From Porphyridium purpureum (Eukaryota): DNA of 64,000 nucleotides. The notes below the pieces were generated by a model. It was not told the origin of the DNA and searched no databases. It saw only the letters and a program-made list of their open reading frames with translations. Below, piece by piece: positions 9,282 to 18,368 of the stretch (position 1 is the stretch's first letter; every line of letters begins with the position of its first letter). Position numbers and translations under genes: made by a program. The stretch spans positions 186,001 through 250,000 of the forward strand of contig VRMN01000013.1 in the NCBI GenBank assembly GCA_008690995.1. The letters are read 5' to 3'.

Positions 9282-11174
9282 ATGGTCGATGAGGACGCCG
9301 CCCGGTACGGCGCGTTCCAGCTGCGTGGCGCGTCCGCCGCGAACCTCGCGCTGGCAGCAGCGGGCGCCGCAGGAGACAATGGCGACGAGAGCGATCATGA
9401 CATCGCACAGCGCGGCGAGCCTGGGCTCGTATGGCAACCTGTTCCCAGCAGCAGGGCACGAGCCGCTGCGCTTGCGTGCGACTACCCAGTCGAACGAGTT
9501 GTGGCGCGGTCTCAGTCTCGACAGCGTCGCGGCCGCGGCGAGCGGCTCCACCGCGGCCTCGCGTCCGCCCGCATCTCAAACGCAAACAGCACCGTCAACT
9601 CGGAATTCATGTGCGGTGATAACACCGGGTTCGTGACGCCGCACGTGATCAGTAGCGTCGGCACGCCCCGCTGTCCGAGCCCGCCGGAACCCGTGCGAAA
9701 GCGCATCAAGAACCGCGCGCCGCAAATTCAGCAAGCGGCGCAGGATTTTGGAACTTCCATGGCGATCGATACCGCAGAGATTCCATGGTCCGGGGCACCA
9801 AGGTCGAGCGCGGCTGCCCCAGACGACGTCGAGTCTGATGGGTTCACGGCACGGCAACTTTCGTACAGAAATGAGTATGGAGCACGCTCTGGGCGCGAAT
9901 CTTTCGATGACGTGATACTTGTGGACAATGCAAACGCGCAAGTTGACAAAGACCATAACCATTTCCAACGGCACCAGCGGCACGAGCCGACGCGCACAGC
10001 TCTGAGCCAGGTTCATGAAAGTAGTGCGGGCGCGACGGCCTCTGGCGCCTCCGCAAGTGCCAATCAGGCGAAGAGGAAAAACGACGGGAGCTTTTTGAAT
10101 CGGTTCCTACCCGATGCGAGCTCTGATGACGCGTCTGGCGGCCGGATGAGCTCCGGACTTGCGAGCGGAGCGTTAAGCGACAATGCGGGATCAAGTTCCA
10201 AGAAGGGGAAGTCAATGTTCTCAAGCATGCTGCCAGGCGGCGGCGGCGGCATGAGTGCCAGCGGAGGCGCTGGTGGTAGTACATTCGGCTACTTGCGCGT
10301 CCCGGCGTCGTCGCGCTACAGGAGCGACTTTGACGAGCTGGGAATCTTGGGCAAGGGGCATAAGGCCGTGGTTCTCAAGGTGCGCAACCGCGTTGACGGT
10401 TGTACTTATGCGGTGAAGCGATTACGCAAGCCGCTGCACACGCGGTCCGAGAGGTTGAGCGCGCTACGGGAGGTTCATGCGCTTTCAAGCCTGTCCTTCC
10501 ACCCGTGCGTGGTGCGCTATTTCAGCTCGTGGTTCGAGGACAGCGACACTCTACTATTTATTCAGTTTGAGTACTGCCACGGCACCGTCATGCTGGGGTC
10601 GGAATACGCGCCGGGCTCTGTTCCAGCACTGCTCGCGCTGTTCGTGGCCATTGCCAGTGCACTCGCGCATCTGCACCGCCATGGGCTCGTGCATCTGGAC
10701 GTCAAGCCGGACAATATTTTGCTCGGCCTTGACAATCAGTACCGCCTTGCAGATTTTGAGCTCTGCTGCAAGGCAGACGGCTCGGATTATTCGGGCGGCG
10801 AAGGCGACTCGCGCTACCTGGCGGCGGAGCTGCTGGACGACTCCTGGCGCGCTGACCTGCGCCCGGTCGACATCTTTGCGCTCGGTACGACAGTTATTGA
10901 GCTTGTGCTGCAGGAAGCAGTCAGTGCCCACGGACCGCGCTGGCACGCTATCCGCAGCCCAGACAAGTCCATGATGTACACACAACTGCTCAGTAAGCTG
11001 GGCTCGTCAGAGCTGGCGGAGCTGATAGTACAATGTACCGAGGTCGAACCAAATGCAAGGCCCACGGCCGAGCAGATTGTCGCCCGCCTTCAGCAGCTTT
11101 GTCCTGCCGAAGCCACAGTGGGCACACTCGCACGAGCCGCTAATGAGCACGTACTCAACCCGCTCAACCGGTGA
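9282..11174 (+). CDS. WEE1: Wee1/Myt1-family protein kinase
   Basis: SRYRSDFDEL...RVDGCTYAVKR, ALREVHAL, HLDVKPDNI and the EGDSRYLA Wee1 signature. Disordered N-terminus with TP/SP sites. Start uncertain. Confidence 0.88.
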   Translation: MVDEDAARYGAFQLRGASAANLALAAAGAAGDNGDESDHDIAQRGEPGLVWQPVPSSRARAAALACDYPVERVVARSQSRQRRGRGERLHRGLASARISNANSTVNSEFMCGDNTGFVTPHVISSVGTPRCPSPPEPVRKRIKNRAPQIQQAAQDFGTSMAIDTAEIPWSGAPRSSAAAPDDVESDGFTARQLSYRNEYGARSGRESFDDVILVDNANAQVDKDHNHFQRHQRHEPTRTALSQVHESSAGATASGASASANQAKRKNDGSFLNRFLPDASSDDASGGRMSSGLASGALSDNAGSSSKKGKSMFSSMLPGGGGGMSASGGAGGSTFGYLRVPASSRYRSDFDELGILGKGHKAVVLKVRNRVDGCTYAVKRLRKPLHTRSERLSALREVHALSSLSFHPCVVRYFSSWFEDSDTLLFIQFEYCHGTVMLGSEYAPGSVPALLALFVAIASALAHLHRHGLVHLDVKPDNILLGLDNQYRLADFELCCKADGSDYSGGEGDSRYLAAELLDDSWRADLRPVDIFALGTTVIELVLQEAVSAHGPRWHAIRSPDKSMMYTQLLSKLGSSELAELIVQCTEVEPNARPTAEQIVARLQQLCPAEATVGTLARAANEHVLNPLNR

Positions 11175-11318
11175 CATTTAGGAACGTCCGTAAGTCTTGC
11201 ATCTGTAAAAGGCGTCACAGTGGCAGAAAAAGACGGAGGCGTGTTGCCGTGGAACCCCACCTTGCGCCGAGGCAGAACGAACGCACAGCGAACCCCCCGC
11301 GGCAAAGCGTCGGACAGC

Positions 11319-13949
11319 ATGTTCGACGGAGTGAATACGATTGACGCGGCAGCAGCGATACGATGGGCACTGGCTGAGCGCTATGCGCAACTTCCGTCAG
11401 AGTGGACGCGAATTCCTGCGAGCGACTTGATCGCGCGGGTGCGGGTGCGCAAGTTTTCGCATGGTCAGTCGAATCCGACCTTCCTGCTGGAATTCGAGGA
11501 GCAGGAGTCGGTGCCCGGGATCCGCTCTGCGGTGCTCAGGAAAAAGCCTCCACCGCCAGTGCTTCCGAAGGCTCACGCGGTGGAGCGCGAAGCCGCCATT
11601 CTCCAGTATCTGAACGAGCATAATGCAAGCGTTGTCGAGTCGAAGCGCGTCCCTGTGCCGCTTGTGTACGGTCTGTGCACAGATTGTGGCGTTCTGGGTA
11701 CGCCGTTCTACCTCATGGAGTACGTGGATGGCCACGTGTTCACAGATCCAAACCTGCGCGAAGTGCGCGACGCCAGCTTGAGACGCAGCATGATCGAGGA
11801 ACTCGCCCGCGTGCTGGGCAAGTTGCATGCCGTGCCAATACGCAGCACGTTCCCGTTCCTGCAGCCGCAGATGAAGCAGCCGCAGGGACCAGCGCAAGAC
11901 AGCTTCTCACGACTCACGAAACGGTGGATGACTCAGTACGAGCAGAGTCGAACAGATCAGGATGATCCTGTCGCCGCAAAAGTAATGCACACGCTGAATA
12001 CCAAACTGCTTGACTACAGTAACAAGCTCGCCACGAGGCACGGACGGGAGCAGCGCGACTTTTCGATCTTGCACGGCGATTTCCGTCTCGACAATGTGAT
12101 ATTTGAGCGCGGCACGTCGCGCATTCTGGCAATTCTGGATTGGGAGCTCAGCACGCTGGGCAATCCGTGGAGCGATATGGGCACAGTGTGTATGATGTAC
12201 CTAGGAGATCGTATGAGAGATGTGCCTCTGGAAGGCAGCATCCCCATGCTCGACCAAAACACAGACGCGGATCGGGCTCGCGACGGCACTGAGCACGACT
12301 CAGCTGATTGCCCTAGTCTCGGCGCATTCGTGCACTTGTACATGCGAACATTTCAGCTTCGCACGGCATATCGATCCAAGCTACCGCGTACGGATGGCCC
12401 CGCGCACATGTCGTTCTACGTGGCTTTCTCGTGTTTCCGTGTTGCTTCTATTTTGCAGGGTGTCTTTTCGCGCGGCGTGCAGGGCAATGCGAGCTCAAAG
12501 CAGGCACTCTCTTTCAAGCATCTTGTTCGCGCGTACGGCGAATGCGCGCTTTCACTTCTCGACGGTGAGCCGCTGCATTTAGTCTTCGCGTCTTCCGACT
12601 TGTCGCGATTGTTGTTCGTTGATCCACAGCACCTCGCTGGGAGGAGCATGCTTGAGTCTCTGATTTCTGAGTCGGCTGAAAGCACACTTGCACGGCTCGA
12701 ATCGTTTATCGGTGAGTACCTGTTGAGCAGCACTGGTGCTGAGGGGGCGTTTGCCCATTGGGATGCCGCGCGGCATGGTGCCGAGCGCTGGGAGCAACCA
12801 TTCCCAGGAATTGGGCCATTGAAGCAAACCGCAAAAGAGCTGGACTTGTGGAACTTGTGGCTTCCGCGCGCGGTTGGTGGGAAATTTTCGAATCTGGAGT
12901 ATGCTCTGCTGGCCGAAGCCACCGGGAAATCGTTTATTTTAGCACCAGAGGCCGTGAACTGTTCCGCACCAGATACGGGCAATATGGAATTACTTGCGCG
13001 ATTCGGGTCTTCTGCACAGAAAGCGCGCTGGCTGCAACCGCTGCTCAATGGTGATATTCGAAGCTGCTTTGGAATGACGGAGCCGAGTGTGGCAAGCAGT
13101 GATGCAACGAACATTCGAGCCACCATACGATCCTGTCCATCCGCGCTCGGTCCTCCAGATACATATCTTGTGAACGGCGTCAAGTGGTGGACGAGCGGCG
13201 CTATGGATCCGCGCTGTAAAGTATGTATCTTTATGGGCGTCATGGATACAGAGGGTACTGGCGGTGACACCAGCAGTCAAGTTCAACAGCAGCACGGAAA
13301 ACATAGCATGGTGCTGATTCCTATGGATGCACCGGGAGTGACGGTAAAGCGCGCTCTGAAAGTCTACGGATTCGATGACGCCGTGCATGGCCATGCCGAG
13401 GTGTCATTCGAGAACGTGCAAGTGCACACATCGGACTTCTTGCTAGGCGCAGGACGCGGATTCGAGGCCGCACAGCGAAGATTGGGACCCGGTCGGATCC
13501 ATCACTGTATGCGTCTGCTCGGCATGTCTGAACGAGCGCTTGCGATGATGCGTCTGCGCGCCTCCTCGCGTACCGCGTTTGGCAAAAAGTTGGTCGAGTT
13601 TGACACGTTGCGTGCTGAGATTGCCGAGATGAGGCTCAAAATTGACCAAGTGCGATGGTTGTGCCTAAGCGCAGCGCATGCTATGGACACAAGCGAGGCA
13701 GCGAATGGACCGGGATCTGCTCTGGCCAGTGATGCTCGCAAGGCGATCGCGATGATCAAAGTGGCTGCTCCACGCATCGCGTGCGAGGTGATTGATGCTG
13801 CTATTCAAGTCCACGGAGGAATGGGCGTGTGCCAGGACACTCTTCTGCCGCACATGTGGGCGTCAGCGCGCTCGCTTCGCGTTGCGGATGGTCCCGATGC
13901 CGTGCATATCCAAACTATTGCTAAGGAAGAGTTACGTCCGCGGCTGTAG
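11319..13949 (+). CDS. ACAD11: ACAD10/ACAD11-type phosphotransferase-acyl-CoA dehydrogenase fusion, probably peroxisomal
   Basis: APH-like N-domain (FSHGQSNPTF, HGDFRLDN, LDWELSTLG) plus ACAD domain (NCSAPDTGNME, MTEPSVASSDATN, RLGPGRIHHCMR, DGPDAVH). C-terminal PRL is PTS1-like. Confidence 0.93.
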   Translation: MFDGVNTIDAAAAIRWALAERYAQLPSEWTRIPASDLIARVRVRKFSHGQSNPTFLLEFEEQESVPGIRSAVLRKKPPPPVLPKAHAVEREAAILQYLNEHNASVVESKRVPVPLVYGLCTDCGVLGTPFYLMEYVDGHVFTDPNLREVRDASLRRSMIEELARVLGKLHAVPIRSTFPFLQPQMKQPQGPAQDSFSRLTKRWMTQYEQSRTDQDDPVAAKVMHTLNTKLLDYSNKLATRHGREQRDFSILHGDFRLDNVIFERGTSRILAILDWELSTLGNPWSDMGTVCMMYLGDRMRDVPLEGSIPMLDQNTDADRARDGTEHDSADCPSLGAFVHLYMRTFQLRTAYRSKLPRTDGPAHMSFYVAFSCFRVASILQGVFSRGVQGNASSKQALSFKHLVRAYGECALSLLDGEPLHLVFASSDLSRLLFVDPQHLAGRSMLESLISESAESTLARLESFIGEYLLSSTGAEGAFAHWDAARHGAERWEQPFPGIGPLKQTAKELDLWNLWLPRAVGGKFSNLEYALLAEATGKSFILAPEAVNCSAPDTGNMELLARFGSSAQKARWLQPLLNGDIRSCFGMTEPSVASSDATNIRATIRSCPSALGPPDTYLVNGVKWWTSGAMDPRCKVCIFMGVMDTEGTGGDTSSQVQQQHGKHSMVLIPMDAPGVTVKRALKVYGFDDAVHGHAEVSFENVQVHTSDFLLGAGRGFEAAQRRLGPGRIHHCMRLLGMSERALAMMRLRASSRTAFGKKLVEFDTLRAEIAEMRLKIDQVRWLCLSAAHAMDTSEAANGPGSALASDARKAIAMIKVAAPRIACEVIDAAIQVHGGMGVCQDTLLPHMWASARSLRVADGPDAVHIQTIAKEELRPRL

Positions 13950-14020
13950 AGGTGGTAAGGCGCAAGCTCGTGCTCGAATGTATCATTGTTCTCGGGTGCA
14001 CACAGACGGCGCTGATCTTG

Positions 14021-15820
14021 TCATCTAGGATGCTTCTGTCGCTCTTCCAGTAGCAGTTTGATCTCGGATAAACTCGTGCACACTTGCGCGTGGAAGTCGT
14101 GCTGGCTTTGCGCCAGATCATCAATTTGTTCTTGCTGTATGACGAGCTGGCGGACGATGTCCATGTACAACTCACGCAGCTCCGACCTGACAACGCCTCG
14201 AACCAGCTCTTCTGTTCTGTCAGTCGCGCTTGATGCATTGGATGCTGCTACCGGCGCCGCAGCTGAGGATGCTAGCACCCGTGGGATCTGGTCCGAAAGC
14301 GCCGAAGCCGGCGCTTGCGCCGGTCGACGTTGCAGTTCGCTTTCGAGGCCTTCTCGAGCCTCGTATGGACTATTCCAAGGTTTGGACGTTGGCAGAGGAT
14401 CAGCAGTATCGCGGGCCGGGCTGCTAACCATGACAACGCGCGGCTCATCCCGGCGAGAGGGTACCTTTCGTCCGATCGAAGATGTACGGACAGTACGTTC
14501 CGACTCGCTCTCGGCTTTGTCTTGAAGCGAGCGCACCTGCTCTGTGCCCGGTTCCCGCTCTGTTCGACCTCCAGACGATGGCAATGGTACACTGCTCATG
14601 CGTCTTGGGGCCAACGGCTCTGGCACTTGCTGATTCTGCGCCACGGCACTGAGCTCCGCACCCGGAAGTGTTTCGGACGCAACTGGAGACTGCTTCGTAA
14701 ATTCAAAGTCGAGCTTGCGATGCGGAAATGGAGCCTCCTCTTGGATGGTCGATTCGTTTTCGTGATGCGACAGGTGGCTCTGCTGAGCGGCCGGATCGGG
14801 CCGACACAAAAGTGCAGATATGTTGGACGACCGGTGCGCTCGCCATGACTGCACACCTACGTGCACCGTGCCGTTTGAACCCATCGCCACGGATGAATTC
14901 TCTTTTGCATTCACGAAGCATGCTGCCAACACTTTGCCTGATCGTTCACTCCGAACCGAGCCTGTTCGAAATGGCGGCATGTCCATTTTCTTGGTAGAAA
15001 GATCAACTTGGTACACACTTCCGTCGCGCATCGGAATTGCAAGACGGTTTGGATCTCCTGGGTCAAAGCAGAGTGACACCGGCTCTCCCGTGAGTGCCCA
15101 TGAAATTGGTATGTACGGCTGAGTCATTTGTAGCTCATACCTGACCAGTTTTTCAGCTGTGAGGACGAAAAGCAAACCTGGTTCTGTTGGGGACGGTTGG
15201 ATATCCAGGATGAGGCGACCGCCCCTGTAAACTGTGTTGAACTCCCAGTCAGATGCCGCAGCGCATACCAAGACCTCATGCTCTTGGGCCGCAGGTGAAT
15301 CATCTGCATCCTTCAAGACTGGCGAAGACACACATGCTCCGGCAATTGAAATGGTCGCGTCCGATGCAGACCATCGGCACAAACGCGGAATCAGTTTGCC
15401 CGTGGCCAAGTGCTGGATGGGACCCTTCGCTGCGTCCTTGAGATTCCAAACATTCAACGTGTGGTCGTCGTATCCCGCGCAGAGTAAGCTTTTTGTGCGA
15501 GCAAACGCAAGGCTCACGCACGCGTGCTGTGCGGACTCCAACCTTATCCGTCGGTCAGCATGGACGTTAAATTCGCGACCCACGCGCTCCACGTATACAG
15601 TTCCATTGGTGCTTCCATATGCAAGCGTCTTACCTGTGTCATCAAACGCGCATGCCGTTTCTGAAACCTCGACATGTTCCGGTGATCGATAAACCAGACT
15701 TGCGAGCTTGCCTGTCGAATCAGTGGAGAACGCCCGAGCCAAGTTCACGCGCCACATACGAAGCGCGCCGCCGCCGATTGTCACAACGCAGGCAAAGCGC
15801 TCTTCAATACCCGCGGCCAT
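14021..15820 (-). CDS. NEDD1: WD40-repeat protein with C-terminal coiled coil, NEDD1/GCP-WD-like gamma-tubulin recruiter
   Basis: N-terminal WD repeats (LCAGYDDHTLNVWNL), disordered linker, and C-terminal RSELRELYMDIVRQLVIQQEQID resembling the NEDD1 gamma-tubulin-binding helix. Confidence 0.65.
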   Translation of the reverse strand: MAAGIEERFACVVTIGGGALRMWRVNLARAFSTDSTGKLASLVYRSPEHVEVSETACAFDDTGKTLAYGSTNGTVYVERVGREFNVHADRRIRLESAQHACVSLAFARTKSLLCAGYDDHTLNVWNLKDAAKGPIQHLATGKLIPRLCRWSASDATISIAGACVSSPVLKDADDSPAAQEHEVLVCAAASDWEFNTVYRGGRLILDIQPSPTEPGLLFVLTAEKLVRYELQMTQPYIPISWALTGEPVSLCFDPGDPNRLAIPMRDGSVYQVDLSTKKMDMPPFRTGSVRSERSGKVLAACFVNAKENSSVAMGSNGTVHVGVQSWRAHRSSNISALLCRPDPAAQQSHLSHHENESTIQEEAPFPHRKLDFEFTKQSPVASETLPGAELSAVAQNQQVPEPLAPRRMSSVPLPSSGGRTEREPGTEQVRSLQDKAESESERTVRTSSIGRKVPSRRDEPRVVMVSSPARDTADPLPTSKPWNSPYEAREGLESELQRRPAQAPASALSDQIPRVLASSAAAPVAASNASSATDRTEELVRGVVRSELRELYMDIVRQLVIQQEQIDDLAQSQHDFHAQVCTSLSEIKLLLEERQKHPR

Positions 15821-15962
15821 TCTGCGCGTGTGATGCTATCGGCGCACTCTGTCTCGTCCCGAACGCGTCCCGAGCTCGCCCCGCTGTTCGCTGCGCACTT
15901 CAGGTCTACAAATTTGAAAATTCGAAACCGAGCGAGGATTGCAGCGGACAGCGACGTGCGCG

Positions 15963-16034
15963 CTCGCGGCACTTCTTTGTCCGCGCCGCACTTGCGCACT
16001 CGCGGCGCTTCTCTGTCCGCGCCGCACTTGCGCT
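15963..16034. repeat. Tandem 36-bp duplication in the NEDD1-like/folC divergent spacer
   Basis: ctcgcggcacttctttgtccgcgccgcacttgcgca followed by ctcgcggcgcttctctgtccgcgccgcacttgcgct. Confidence 0.9.
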
Positions 16035-16386
16035 CTGGGCGGCATTCGTCACTCTGGCGCTGGCACGTGGCAGAATTGCCGACGTTGAATGCCGGATGCC
16101 GGGGTGGGGGCGTAGGTGCCTGACGCTGTGCGATGCTGACGAGAACGAGCGCGACCGTCTCCTGATTCCGCGTCGTAATCTGGGTGCAGGACATCCGCTG
16201 CTTGACTCTGATGCTACTGTCCTGTCTTCATCTTGTGGATCGGCCGTTCGGCAGCTTGCACCCAAGGGAAAAAGATCATCCTTGGGGACGATCCGTGGGC
16301 GGGTTGTTGCGCTATAAATGAATCATGTATGCCGTCGAGGTTGTGCTGGAGCGCGCAGCGTCGTCTCTACTGCCGTAGGTAGTGCC

Positions 16387-17889
16387 ATGAGTGCCGGAGA
16401 ATCGGGAGTGCCGCGCGTCTTTCGGGGTGAGGCCGATCGCGGCGCGCAGTCGCCGCGGTACTCACCGCGCCTAGACGCCGCTTTGTCGCGCTTGGAGGCG
16501 TTGGTGGATTGGGAGCGACGCGCGCGCGTTGCCGGTGCACAGCGCGCAATGCGGGTAGACTGTGCGCCCTGCAGCGCACTGCTCGACGTGCTTGGTCAGC
16601 CACAGCGTCGTTTCCGCGCGATCCACGTCACTGGCTCCAAGGGCAAGGGCAGCGTGTCGGCCATGGTGACGTACGCTCTGAGCACCAAGGCCGCACTCAA
16701 GACGGGCTGGTACCGCTCGCCGCATGTGGAGCGAGTCACGGAACGTGTGGGCATCGGGCAAGTGCCCATCGAGGATGATGTGCTCGCGGCTAGTTTGGAA
16801 TGTGCGTTGGACGCGAAAGAGCGCGCCATCAGCCAAGATTCTGCGTCTGCGGCGCACCATGCGACGTGGTTTGATGTGCTTTGTGCCGCCGGCATGCACG
16901 CGCTGGCCGCGGCGGAAGTCGATTGGGCCGTGGTCGAAGTCGGCATGGGCGGGCGGCGCGACTCGACCAACATTTTGCACGCTCCGTACGCCGTGCTCAC
17001 GAACGTGTTTCTGGAACATGCGGAGATCATCGGTCCGACGCGCACGGACATTGCATACGAGAAGGTTGGCATTGTGCATCGTGGTACGTTTCTTGTCACG
17101 GGCGTGCAGCAGGATGACGCAGAGCCAGAGGTTTTCAACACGATCAAGAATTACTGCGCCGAGATCGGTGCGGCGGGCATGTGCGTGGTTTCCGAGAAAG
17201 AACAGCGTGACGCACAGCAAGCGCGAGATGTGGACGGAACGCCGACAAAAGCGCATAGGTCCGAGCCGCGTGCGAACAGTATGCTTGAGCGCAACCGGTG
17301 CATGGCGAATGCGGTGTTAGAGCGCATGCACGCTGACGGAATTCTGGCCGAGCGCATCGTTGTGGATGCGCAGGACGCACATGCAGCCATGCGCGCGTTG
17401 CCCGCGAGAATGGAGTCATTCTTTCTTCCTGGCAGCCAGGTGCGCGTCGTGATCGATGGCGCGCACGTGCCCGAAAGTGTAGATCATGTGATCAGCGAGC
17501 TGATGGAGCAGAGTATCGATCCGCGCCACCTAGTTGTACTGCTCGCGGTCGGACAGGAAAAAAATGCGAAGGGCATAGTGCATGCAGCCACGAGACATGG
17601 CTGCGCAGCGCTTGTGTGCACTCAGGTAGGCCCAGAGGCCACGTATCTTCCGTCGCACGCTCTATATGCACAAGTCAAGTCGACACATGACGAGCGTGGA
17701 GCTGTGGCAGAGTTTCAAGTGGCGGACATTTCGAATCCGCTACAGGCACTGGAAACGGCGCTTGCGATGGCAACTGCATTGCAGAGCCAAACCCCAGAGC
17801 AGATGGCAAGCGCATGCGTCCTCGTGGTGGGCTCGTTGCACCTGGCCGGCAAAGTGCGTCCAATGGTTCGAGCCGCGGCTGGTGCATGA
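16387..17889 (+). CDS. folC: Dihydrofolate/folylpolyglutamate synthase (FolC family)
   Basis: IHVTGSKGKGS P-loop, YRSPH...ER, EVGMGGRRDSTN, IAYEKVGI, IDGAH, VVGSLHLAG. Confidence 0.92.
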   Translation: MSAGESGVPRVFRGEADRGAQSPRYSPRLDAALSRLEALVDWERRARVAGAQRAMRVDCAPCSALLDVLGQPQRRFRAIHVTGSKGKGSVSAMVTYALSTKAALKTGWYRSPHVERVTERVGIGQVPIEDDVLAASLECALDAKERAISQDSASAAHHATWFDVLCAAGMHALAAAEVDWAVVEVGMGGRRDSTNILHAPYAVLTNVFLEHAEIIGPTRTDIAYEKVGIVHRGTFLVTGVQQDDAEPEVFNTIKNYCAEIGAAGMCVVSEKEQRDAQQARDVDGTPTKAHRSEPRANSMLERNRCMANAVLERMHADGILAERIVVDAQDAHAAMRALPARMESFFLPGSQVRVVIDGAHVPESVDHVISELMEQSIDPRHLVVLLAVGQEKNAKGIVHAATRHGCAALVCTQVGPEATYLPSHALYAQVKSTHDERGAVAEFQVADISNPLQALETALAMATALQSQTPEQMASACVLVVGSLHLAGKVRPMVRAAAGA

Positions 17890-18368
17890 AGAAAGTGAAA
17901 GCAAAAATCGCAAACGAAACAGGATTGGTCCGGGACTACGCTGCGGGTTCTGCAAGTGGACTTGTGCATGAAAGTTACGGGTCGTTTGTGGGATCAACAG
18001 CCGAATGCGAGGTACCTAGCAAAGTTTGGCGCACCACCATTGGTATGTCTCCCTTGTCTCTCTACCGCGCGATTGGCCCCCACTGAAACGAATATTCGGA
18101 GGGGAATTTGACTCGCTCGGCGCCAATCTTGATAGATGGATAATCGGTTCTTTTGACGCACGACGCGCACAATGTCTCGTCCGCAAAAAAACGTGGATCT
18201 GATCAAAGAAGAAATTGACGTACGCTTTTTGGATCGTGGCCTTCCACTCACATTTTGCGCCTAGATAAGGCTGTTGACCTGGTAATTTCCAGTAAAGTTA
18301 TCCTGCAAGCTTCATTGCTCAAAACCCTTACGTGCCAGACATCGCATGTCAGCCAACATCGTCTCGGA

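Noticed and set aside
15963..16034. 36-bp repeats as a CRISPR-like array
   Set aside because: Only two adjacent copies, no spacers, no cas genes, and a eukaryotic context.
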